From positions 330,001-362,000 of the forward strand of contig NC_016070.1 in the NCBI RefSeq assembly GCF_000253055.1: 32,000 nt of DNA, read 5' to 3'. This document shows positions 24,804 through 32,000 of this stretch, one piece after another (within the stretch, counting starts at the first letter, position 1; each line of letters opens with the position of its first letter). Under the pieces are notes generated by a model. It worked only from the letters and a program-made list of their open reading frames with translations. It did no database searches and was not told the DNA's origin. Both the position numbers and the translations under genes were made by a program. Source of the stretch: Thermoproteus tenax Kra 1. Lineage in GTDB: Archaea > Thermoproteota > Thermoprotei > Thermoproteales > Thermoproteaceae.

Positions 24804-25544
24804 TCAGCCATGTCTCTCCTCCCTCCTGATGGCGTATATTAGAATCAGTATCGACGCAATGGAGTACGCCAAGAGCCCGCCGGCGCCTCTGGCTATCTCG
24901 GCCGCGTTCAAGGCGAGGGAGCCGCGCAGGGCGTCTGCCATATAGGTGGTGGGGAGGACGGCGCTGATGAGCCTCAACGGCTGCGGCATCAGATACGCCG
25001 GATAGTAGACGGGGGCTGCGATCAGGAGCAACCAAGGTATTACTTGGGCCATCTGTTGTGATAACGCAACATTTCTTATACTTATCGCGTGGGCATAGCC
25101 CAAGAGTGTGGAGGCGGCGGAGACGAGGGGCGATGCCCCCGCAGCGGCCAAGATCTGCGGAGGCCCGTAGGACGCGCCGGTGAGGGCTGCGGACAGTACT
25201 AACAACAGCGCCGAGGCGCCCGTAGCCATGGCGACGGACTGCGCCACGTAGCTGAGGGCTATCTCCAAGTGGCCGGCTCCGTTGGCCAACAACAGGGAGT
25301 ACTGCCTGGACCAGTACTTCATCTGTGCGACGTCTTGGGCCGTGACAGTGTACGACATCGTAAAGCTGGTTGAGATGACGGTCCCCACTATGAAGTATAC
25401 AACGTACGCCGAGTTGCCCACTAGCCTCAAGATCCACAGCCACAGAAGGGGGAAGGGCACCATGAACCAGGCCAACGCAAGAGACCACCCCCTTGAGGCG
25501 AGCACCATGTATTTGGCGATGACGAGGGCTCTGCCCAGCCTCAT
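24804..25544 (-). CDS. ABC-2-type transporter permease
   Basis: 246 aa multi-TM; AAPVYYPAYLMPQPLRLISAVLPTTYMADALRG typical ABC-2 C-terminal segment. Confidence 0.8.
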   Translation of the reverse strand: MRLGRALVIAKYMVLASRGWSLALAWFMVPFPLLWLWILRLVGNSAYVVYFIVGTVISTSFTMSYTVTAQDVAQMKYWSRQYSLLLANGAGHLEIALSYVAQSVAMATGASALLLVLSAALTGASYGPPQILAAAGASPLVSAASTLLGYAHAISIRNVALSQQMAQVIPWLLLIAAPVYYPAYLMPQPLRLISAVLPTTYMADALRGSLALNAAEIARGAGGLLAYSIASILILIYAIRREERHG

Positions 25545-26368
25545 GGCAATACGGCGGATAGGACGTCCTCCAACGTCGGCTCCCTCACCTCGAACCTGGT
25601 CCTCGATTTGGCCAACTCAGCCACAATCTCCACGGCCTTGTCCCACTCAACCCTCACGACGCGGTCATCGGTTCTGATCTCGACCCAGGGCAGAAGCCTT
25701 TTGAGCTCAGCCGGCGTCCCCCGCATCAGAATACGTCTGTTTAACACGTAGACCACATCGCTGAGCTCCTCGGCCTCATGGATGTAGTGAGTAGTCAACA
25801 ATACCGTCGAGCCCTCCTCTTTGGCGGCTCTGATGGCCTCCCAGATCCTCCTCCTATTTTGCACGTCTACGCCGATCGTCGGCTCGTCCAACAGTATCAG
25901 CTTGGGCCTGCAGGCCATCGCCGACGCCACTAACACCAGCCTCCTCATGCCTCCCGAGAGGTTCGCGACCGTATCCTCCTCCCGTCCCCCGAGGCCCACT
26001 GCGTCGATGGCCTCCCTCGCGCACTCCTTGGCTCTGCCCTTGGGGATCCCCCGCAGCCTCACGGCCATCTCCACGTGCTCCCTCACCTTGAGCCAGAGGA
26101 AGGGCGATGCCTCCTGTGGGACAGCCCCCACCAGCCCCCTCTCCTTCGCCTTCCCGGGGCTGAGGCCGGCGACCTTGATGACGCCCCTATCGGGGCGGAG
26201 CTCGCCGTATATCTGTCTCAAGAGGGTGGTCTTCCCTGCGCCGTTTGGGCCCAGCAGCGACGTCGTCTCGCCCTCGCCCACCCAAAGGCTGACGTCCTCG
26301 TTTGCCACCACTCTGCCGAAGGACTTCCACACTCCATCAACTATCAAAAATTCTTGTTTCACCATCAA
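25541..26368 (-). CDS. ABC transporter ATP-binding protein
   Basis: LLGPNGAGKTTLLRQI, NLSGGMRRLVLVASAMACRPKLILLDEPTIGVD; overlaps the permease start. Confidence 0.93.
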   Translation of the reverse strand: MMVKQEFLIVDGVWKSFGRVVANEDVSLWVGEGETTSLLGPNGAGKTTLLRQIYGELRPDRGVIKVAGLSPGKAKERGLVGAVPQEASPFLWLKVREHVEMAVRLRGIPKGRAKECAREAIDAVGLGGREEDTVANLSGGMRRLVLVASAMACRPKLILLDEPTIGVDVQNRRRIWEAIRAAKEEGSTVLLTTHYIHEAEELSDVVYVLNRRILMRGTPAELKRLLPWVEIRTDDRVVRVEWDKAVEIVAELAKSRTRFEVREPTLEDVLSAVLP

Positions 26369-26450
26369 TTTTAACTGATAGTGAAAATATTTAAATTTTC
26401 TGCTACCTCAGCCGGCGGGCAGACGCAGATAGGGGGAAGGGCCTCTACTC

Positions 26451-26774
26451 CTACGTCGGGCCCCTGTCGAACAGGTATCTATCAGAATAGTGGCGAAGCT
26501 CCTCCTGTAGCCTCTTGAGGACTCCCTCGTCTATCCTCGCGCCGTTGGCGGCGGTCCTCAGATAGGAGAGAGCCGACGAGAGCAGTAGGACTAGCCTTTT
26601 TATCTCCTCGAGGTACTCGTACGAGAGCCTCTTGTATCTGGCGAGCTCGCCTTCTCTCTCGACGCAATGGCGGGCGAGCCTCTCGTAGTCTTCGCAACAA
26701 TCCCTGGCCCGGGTAGCTCGGCCGATAAAGCCTCGGCCGTGGGACTGGTCCGTCTGGGCCGGCGTATGGGCTGT
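26451..26774 (-). other. Coding-like open frame with no ATG/GTG/TTG start (possible frameshifted small helical gene)
   Basis: Minus-frame translation ...RDCCEDYERLARHCVEREGELARYKRLSYEYLEEIKRLVLLLSSALSYLRTAANGARIDEGVLKRLQEELRHYSDRYLFDRGPT*. Confidence 0.4.
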
Positions 26775-26865
26775 TCAGCGAGAGGTCAGCGCGCCCTCTG
26801 CCGGGCCCCAGCCTGCGCCTCGGCCGTGCCCATGAGTCTTTATTAAGCTCCATCAGTCGATAGAT

Positions 26866-27651
26866 ATGGACGTAGAGTCGGTCAAAAGGCTGGGCGCAAG
26901 GCTGAGGGAGGCCCTCGGACTGACGACGTTCCCAGTCGGCGTGAAGTTCTGCCGTAGGGGGGAGACGTGCGATCTGTCCGGCTTCAAGAGGCCCTACAAA
27001 GACCTAGGGCTCAGAATGGCCCTCTGCCAAGTGGTCAATATAGCGAGGACGTACGGCTGGTCGCTGGCCGTGGGCCTGGAGGACTCCTTCTGTATGATAG
27101 GGGCCCAGGCCGCGGGCCTCGTGGACAGACATTTGGACTACATAGACGCCGAGGTCCCCAAATGGCACACGTCCAGCCGAGAGGCCGCTGACGCCATAGT
27201 TAGGGCGCTGGGCGCCCGATCGCTCGAGCCGGGCTCCGTAGACCTAGTGTTGGTGGCCCCCCTCGAGCGCTCCACCTTCGTCCCCGATGTAGTCGTCCTG
27301 TACGGCGCACCGGCCCAGATAAGCACTGCCGCTAAGGCGCTAGTCTGGCACGGCGTAATGCCGGAGATGTCGTTTTTGGGCATGGCGTCGTGCACATTGA
27401 TACCGCACGCGCACAAGACCGGCAGAGCGCAGATAAATCTGCCGGGCACAGGCGAGCTTATCTTGGGCAGGACCGAGAGCCACGAGGTGGGCCTAGTCGT
27501 GCCCGCCGACAAGGCAGAGTTGATCTTGACGGGCATGGAGGCCGTGAGGAGGATACACCCATACCCGTTGGCTAAGTTCTCGTTGTACGAGCCCAGAGTG
27601 CCCAGCTGGTACCAAGCTCTGACCTACGACTACTACAGACAGAGGACGTGA
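26866..27651 (+). CDS. DUF169 family protein
   Basis: TTFPVGVKFCRRGETCDLSG...ALCQVVNIARTYGWSLAVGLEDSFCMIGAQAAGL...VVLYGAPAQISTAAKALVWHGVMP; Cys-containing DUF169 pattern. Confidence 0.8.
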   Translation: MDVESVKRLGARLREALGLTTFPVGVKFCRRGETCDLSGFKRPYKDLGLRMALCQVVNIARTYGWSLAVGLEDSFCMIGAQAAGLVDRHLDYIDAEVPKWHTSSREAADAIVRALGARSLEPGSVDLVLVAPLERSTFVPDVVVLYGAPAQISTAAKALVWHGVMPEMSFLGMASCTLIPHAHKTGRAQINLPGTGELILGRTESHEVGLVVPADKAELILTGMEAVRRIHPYPLAKFSLYEPRVPSWYQALTYDYYRQRT

Positions 27652-27932
27652 AGGCGCCCGGCGATGTTGGCTGCCATGCTCCACGGCCCTTGAGATCTCT
27701 GCGTCGAGGAAGTCCCGGAGCCGGGGCCCGAGCGCGCCTGGGCGCTAGTGAGGGCGTCGGCCGTGGGCATCTGCGGCATGATCAGAGGGGGTAGCGAGGC
27801 CGCTTGTTATATCAGTCGTCGGCGGCCTCCGCAACGCTGGGGGGGGTCTTCGAGAGGGCGCTCCAGCCCTCCGAGGTGAAGGTAGCGACAAGGCCGTGAG
27901 CCCGCCTGGGACAAGTCGGCCGAGGCTCTGCG

Positions 27933-28154
27933 TCAGAACGTCTGTATCTCGTAGGGCGGGCTCAAGAGCTCCTCAAGCTCCTCCTTGGTCAGTAGGACGA
28001 ACTCCTTGTCCACCTCGCCCCTCTCCACCGCTATCTTCCTCTCCTCCTCGGTCAGAGCCCATCCGCCCATGGTGAGGCTGCCGACGATGTAGGTGTAGAG
28101 CTTGCCCCCCTTCCTCTTTAGATAGGGCTTGAACTTGACCCGCACTACCCTCAC
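27933..28154 (-). CDS. Small conserved-looking hypothetical protein
   Basis: 73 aa, MRVVRVKFKPYLKRKGGKLYTYIVGSLTMGGWALTEEERKIAVERGEVDKEFVLLTKEELEELL. Confidence 0.55.
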   Translation of the reverse strand: MRVVRVKFKPYLKRKGGKLYTYIVGSLTMGGWALTEEERKIAVERGEVDKEFVLLTKEELEELLSPPYEIQTF

Positions 28155-28223
28155 GTTCTACCTAGAGGGAGCAGTTAAGAAGGTTCGGAGATAATACACT
28201 AAAAATGCTCCTTCTAGCTTAGA

Positions 28224-29579
28224 GTGGGCTCGTTGAAGCTCAGAGGCCTCTTCGCCTTGTCGCTGGCCGGCATACTGCCGGCCGGCGCAGCCATCGGGGC
28301 CTCTCCGCTGGTCCAATACGCCGGCGCCGCGGCCCCTTGGGCTGCCCTATTCGGGTTCATCGTAGTCCTATTGTCAGCTCTACCCGTCCTCGAGTACAGC
28401 AGAATCGCCGCCTTCGCGGGCGGCTACTACGGATTGGCGGAGCTAGGGCTGGGTCCGGCCGCGGGCCTCTTCACGGCTGTGTCCAACTACATCTATTACG
28501 TCTTGTGGCAGATCCAAAACGCAATGCTCGCGGGGTGGATCGTCTACGGGATGACCGGCTTGCCTGCGTCGTGGCCCGCCGCCGCTCTGGGGGCTCTGGC
28601 GCTGACCTTCCTGGGAGCTGCATCGCCGCCCAAGATATACGCCGAACGGGTGCTGTTGGTCGCCGTGGGCGGCTCCACTGCTCTGACGCTACTTCTCTCG
28701 GTCTACGTCGCCGTGATGGCCCCTCCGCTCTCCTCTTGGCTGAACCCGTTTGAGGTGGACTGGGGCTCCGTCGCTCTGGCGGCCGCCCTACAGGGAATAT
28801 GGCTGTACGTCGGCTACGGGGCGCCCCTCTTCTACAGCGAGGAGGCTGCGGAGCCGGAGAGGGATGTCTGGAGAGCTGTGGTCCTTGCCCTCGTTGCCTC
28901 GTCCCTCGTATACACGCTCACGGCGTATGCGCTGGCCGCAACGCGGCCCCGCCCCGGAGGAGCTCCCCTGTACATCTCCGCGTGGAGCCGTTATCTGCCC
29001 AGCGCTCTCCTCGCCCTCTACCCCCTCCTCGCAGCGCCCGCCGCAGTTGCCTACGGAGGCCCCGCTGGATCCCACGCGCGACTGCTCTGGGCCATGGCCA
29101 GAGAGGGCATAATCAAGAGCGACTGGCTCGCCCGTAGGAGGCGCGGCGTCCCGCTCAACGCCGCCCTCTTCAACTTCCTTTTGTCGGCCGCCGGAGCCTC
29201 GGCCTTGATGGCGCTCTTCGTCTGGGCCTATGGCCCAAGCCCCGAGTCGGCCGAGCGGGCTTGGCTCGCCGCGTCCTCTACAGCGACTCTCACGTGGTAT
29301 TATCACCACGTCCTGCCCCAGTTCGCCCTTTACCCCTGGCTCAAGAGGAGGGGGAGGTTGGGCGCAAGGGAGTACGCCATCTCTCTGGCGGCACCTGCCC
29401 TGGCGTCGGCCTTCTTCGCCTTCTCGGTCTACGAGTTGGCGGCGCACGGCAGATTCGCGGCCGGGTCGCTCTACGCGTCCTTAGCCATACTGGCGTGGGC
29501 GACGGCCTTCGCTTTGGCCAAGCGGGGCGCCCGGCCTGGCAGACTCTGGAGGCTCTCCCACGGGGCGCCGCTGCAGTAG
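28224..29579 (+). CDS. APC-superfamily amino acid permease-like transporter
   Basis: 451 aa; LRGLFALSLAGILPAGAAIGASPLVQYAG...GGYYGLAELGLGPAAGLFTAVSNYIYYV; about 12 TM helices; GTG start. Confidence 0.75.
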   Translation: MGSLKLRGLFALSLAGILPAGAAIGASPLVQYAGAAAPWAALFGFIVVLLSALPVLEYSRIAAFAGGYYGLAELGLGPAAGLFTAVSNYIYYVLWQIQNAMLAGWIVYGMTGLPASWPAAALGALALTFLGAASPPKIYAERVLLVAVGGSTALTLLLSVYVAVMAPPLSSWLNPFEVDWGSVALAAALQGIWLYVGYGAPLFYSEEAAEPERDVWRAVVLALVASSLVYTLTAYALAATRPRPGGAPLYISAWSRYLPSALLALYPLLAAPAAVAYGGPAGSHARLLWAMAREGIIKSDWLARRRRGVPLNAALFNFLLSAAGASALMALFVWAYGPSPESAERAWLAASSTATLTWYYHHVLPQFALYPWLKRRGRLGAREYAISLAAPALASAFFAFSVYELAAHGRFAAGSLYASLAILAWATAFALAKRGARPGRLWRLSHGAPLQ

Positions 29580-29659
29580 GCCGGAGGGCCGCCGGGCGCC
29601 GCTATTGTTTAATATATAATTAGGAAAAAAGTTTATATCGTCAATTTTGCCCTTGTCCT

Positions 29660-30196
29660 ATGCTGAGGCTTCCTCCGGGCAGAAAACCCCCCGAGGAGAT
29701 CTACGTCTTCGTGGAAATACCCGCCAACTCCAACGTCAAGTACGAATACGACGACGAGCTCGGCGTTATAGCCGTAGACAGAGTCTTGTACACTGCGCTG
29801 GTCTATCCATTCAACTACGGCTTCATACCGAGCACGCTCTCGGAGGACGGCGATCCGCTCGACGTGGCCCTTCTGAGCGGCGCGGAGTTCGCCCCGGGCG
29901 TTCTAGTTAGGGCGAGGCCCATAGGGCTTTTGGAGATGGAGGACGAAGAGGGGACGGACTACAAGGTGATAGCGGTGCCCATAGAGAAAGTCGACCCCTC
30001 CTACGCGGACGTGAAGGACATAATGGATCTGACAAAGCCCACTCTGGAGAAGATAAGGCACTTCTTCGAGAGATACAAAGAGTTGGAGCCCGGCAAATGG
30101 GTGAAGGCAAAGGGCTACCTAGGGGCGGAGGAGGCCAAGAAGTACATAATGGAGGCAGTAGAAAGGTTCAAGAGGTCTCAGGGCTCTACCCCGTGA
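29660..30196 (+). CDS. ppa: Inorganic pyrophosphatase (family I)
   Basis: FVEIPANSNVKYEYDDELGVIAVDRVLYTALVYPFNYGFIPSTLSEDGDPLDVALL; DVKDIMDLTKPTLEKIRHFFERYKELEPGKW. Confidence 0.95.
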   Translation: MLRLPPGRKPPEEIYVFVEIPANSNVKYEYDDELGVIAVDRVLYTALVYPFNYGFIPSTLSEDGDPLDVALLSGAEFAPGVLVRARPIGLLEMEDEEGTDYKVIAVPIEKVDPSYADVKDIMDLTKPTLEKIRHFFERYKELEPGKWVKAKGYLGAEEAKKYIMEAVERFKRSQGSTP

Positions 30197-30818
30197 TCCG
30201 GCCCCTCTCTATCCTTTTGATAGCTTGGGCGAATCTTACGTAGCTGGGGTTCGACTCGGCGATCAACGCCGCTGCGCCGGTAGTCGATATAAACTCTTTG
30301 ACGACTCCGGCGAGGTCGTCCCTCATCTTGGGCGAGAGGCCCTCGAACACCTCGTCCAACAACACGGCGCTGGTCCCCACGACCATCGCGCGCGCCAGCG
30401 CGACCATCTTCTGTTGGCCGCCCGACAACAGCCCGGCCCTCTTCTCCAAGAGCTCCCTCAACACCGGCATCAAGCTCAGGACCAGCTCCAGGCGGTCCTC
30501 CCTCAGCTTGAGCGCCCTCAAGGGCAGGAGGATGTTCTCTCTCACCGTCAAATTGGGGAAAAGCCTCCTGTCCTCGGGCGAGAGGCCGAGCCCGAGCGCC
30601 GCCCTCTCGTGCGGCTTGAGCCCGTCTATGGGCCTCCCGTCCAGCTCCACGCGGCCTTTATATTTTACCAAGCCCATGATGCTCCGCAGCGTCGTAGTTT
30701 TGCCGGCGCCGTTGGGGCCGACGAGGGCTACGGCGGTTCCCCTCGGCACCTCGATGCTGACTCCTCTCAGTATCTCAGAGCCTCCCAGAACTACTCTGAG
30801 GTCGTGCGCCTTGATCAT
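30186..30818 (-). CDS. livF: Branched-chain amino acid ABC transporter ATP-binding protein, LivF-like
   Basis: LVGPNGAGKTTTLRSIMGL, LGLSPEDRRLFPNLTVRENI, LSGGQQKMVALARAM, LLDEVFEGLSP. Confidence 0.88.
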   Translation of the reverse strand: MIKAHDLRVVLGGSEILRGVSIEVPRGTAVALVGPNGAGKTTTLRSIMGLVKYKGRVELDGRPIDGLKPHERAALGLGLSPEDRRLFPNLTVRENILLPLRALKLREDRLELVLSLMPVLRELLEKRAGLLSGGQQKMVALARAMVVGTSAVLLDEVFEGLSPKMRDDLAGVVKEFISTTGAAALIAESNPSYVRFAQAIKRIERGRITG

Positions 30819-31516
30819 ACCTCCACTCTGTCTGCGTCCTCCGGCTTGGCTACGGCGACGACCCTACCTTGAGCCATAACCAAGACTCTCGACGCGTATT
30901 TTTTCACTATATCTAAGTCGTGCTCCACGAAGACCGCCGAGGCGCCGAGGCTCTTCAACGAGCTGGCCAGAGAGTCCATAATGCGGTATTTGTCGTCGGC
31001 GGCCACGGAGCTCGTCGGCTCGTCCAAAAGCATCAGCTTGGGGCGGCTGACCGCCGCAAGCGCTACGTCCAGAAGCTTCTTCTCGCCCTCCGACAGCTTC
31101 TCGAGGGAATACATCCTCTTCTCCCATAGGCCGAACAGCTCCAGCGTCTCCCTCACCTCCCGCTCCTCCACCCGCCTCAGAGAGATCCCCTTGGCCGCGG
31201 CCACTGCTATTGCGACGTTCTCGTAGACGGTCAAGCCCCAGAACGCCGATGGAAGTTGGAAGGAGCGGGCTATGCCGAGCCTCACCCTCCTCTGTGGAGG
31301 AAGGTTGGTTATCTCTCTGCCGAGGAAGAGGATCTTCCCCGAGTCCAGCCTAATGAACCCGGTCAGAGCGTTTATCAACGTGGTCTTGCCGGAGCCGTTG
31401 GGACCGACTATGGCCAAATACTCCCCCCTACGCACCTCTAAGTCTACGCCGTCCAACGCCCTCACTCCGCCGAACGACTTCCTCAGCCCAACCGCCTTGA
31501 GAATAACCTCCTCCAT
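30815..31516 (-). CDS. livG: Branched-chain amino acid ABC transporter ATP-binding protein, LivG-like
   Basis: KSFGGVRALDGVDLEVRRGEYLAIVGPNGSGKTTLINALTGFIRLDSGKILFLGREITNLPPQRRVRLGIARSFQLP. Confidence 0.9.
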   Translation of the reverse strand: MEEVILKAVGLRKSFGGVRALDGVDLEVRRGEYLAIVGPNGSGKTTLINALTGFIRLDSGKILFLGREITNLPPQRRVRLGIARSFQLPSAFWGLTVYENVAIAVAAAKGISLRRVEEREVRETLELFGLWEKRMYSLEKLSEGEKKLLDVALAAVSRPKLMLLDEPTSSVAADDKYRIMDSLASSLKSLGASAVFVEHDLDIVKKYASRVLVMAQGRVVAVAKPEDADRVEV

Positions 31517-32000
31517 AGCGCCAACACGGCCAACAGAGTCGCCCCTATGACGAGCTCGGGCGATGCGAACTGGTACGAGTAGAGTCTGACTATCTGATAT
31601 ATCGCGGCCCCCGCCAAGAACCCGTACTTCCTGGACACAAGCGCGCCGATCAGAGAGGCGACCACGAGCTCCCCCGAAGTAGTCCAGTAGGCAAAGTCGG
31701 GGGTCACTATATTTGTGGCGTAGGCGACCAACGCGCCTCCCAACGCTGCGAACGTCGCAGCTACAGCGGTGCCCAGAGCGACGTTTAGTCTCGGGCTGGC
31801 GCCCAGAGCTACTGCTCTGAGCTCGTTGATCCTTATGCCCGCCGCTATTCTGCCCATCCTCGTCTCAGGGAAGGCGGAGGAGAAGTAGAGCGCCGCTAGA
31901 ACCAACGCGGCTGCGACTAGGTAGAGTTGCGGCGTGTGCAACGTTGTGCCGGCCAGCTGCGGCGGAGGGAGCACTATTCCGTTGCTCCCGCCAGTTATAT
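31483..32000 (-). CDS. livM: Branched-chain amino acid ABC transporter permease, LivM-like (partial, runs off the right edge)
   Basis: The open frame continues to the window edge: ITGGSNGIVLPPPQLAG..., with [47 protein letters not shown]. Confidence 0.85.
   Translation of the reverse strand, partial: ITGGSNGIVLPPPQLAGTTLHTPQLYLVAAALVLAALYFSSAFPETRMGRIAAGIRINELRAVALGASPRLNVALGTAVAATFAALGGALVAYATNIVTPDFAYWTTSGELVVASLIGALVSRKYGFLAGAAIYQIVRLYSYQFASPELVIGATLLAVLALWRRLFSRRLG

Noticed and set aside
24476-24811. ORF-track N-terminal extension of the 24155-24811 minus ORF
   Set aside because: It overlaps the well-supported HTH gene and is Pro/Gly/Arg-rich; real TM protein likely starts at ATG 24475.
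24796-25488. ORF-track N-terminal extension of the 24472-25488 minus ORF
   Set aside because: It lies antiphase inside the ABC permease gene and has low-complexity non-protein-like composition; HTH gene likely starts with GTG at 24795.
1-32000. tRNA or rRNA genes
   Set aside because: No GGTTCGAATCC-type T-arm with matching acceptor stem or rRNA core sequence was seen by eye; a tRNAscan-SE/Infernal run would be needed to exclude intron-containing tRNAs.

Overview
GC-rich crenarchaeal chromosome segment. The PaREP1-family protein, archaeal Trm10, thermopsin-like protein, TATA boxes placed for leaderless genes and the CRISPR repeat type all suggest a Thermoproteales member (Thermoproteus/Pyrobaculum-like); this assignment is inference. 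The left part (1-11.1 kb) and right part (22.2-32 kb) hold ordinary metabolic, transport and secreted-enzyme genes: NMN adenylyltransferase, Trm10, thioesterase, rhomboid, thermopsin-like protein, gamma-glutamyltransferase, threonine synthase, YjbQ, a GH12-like endoglucanase, a beta-helix protein, MFS and APC transporters, pyrophosphatase and LivFGM. The middle (about 11.2-22 kb) looks like a defense/accessory island. It contains a PaREP1 gene, decayed nuclease-like fragments, a tight McrB-like AAA+ / McrC-like PD-(D/E)XK pair, and a short CRISPR array with no cas genes in the window (7 intact 24-bp repeats plus one degenerate leader-distal repeat). It also has a winged-HTH plus AAA ATPase pair, a two-gene AAA ATPase plus TOPRIM/RloB-like module, and a coiled-coil-repeat PD-(D/E)XK protein next to a decayed paralogue. 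The best candidates for under-described systems are the ATPase/TOPRIM-like pair (18.4-20.4 kb), the minimal McrBC-like pair beside the CRISPR array (12.6-15.1 kb), and a six-gene, mostly overlapping cassette (23.6-26.4 kb) of ABC exporter, HTH, membrane protein, 39-aa peptide and 15-residue-repeat solenoid protein. No tRNA or rRNA gene was recognised. All family assignments are by eye from motifs; no database search was run.
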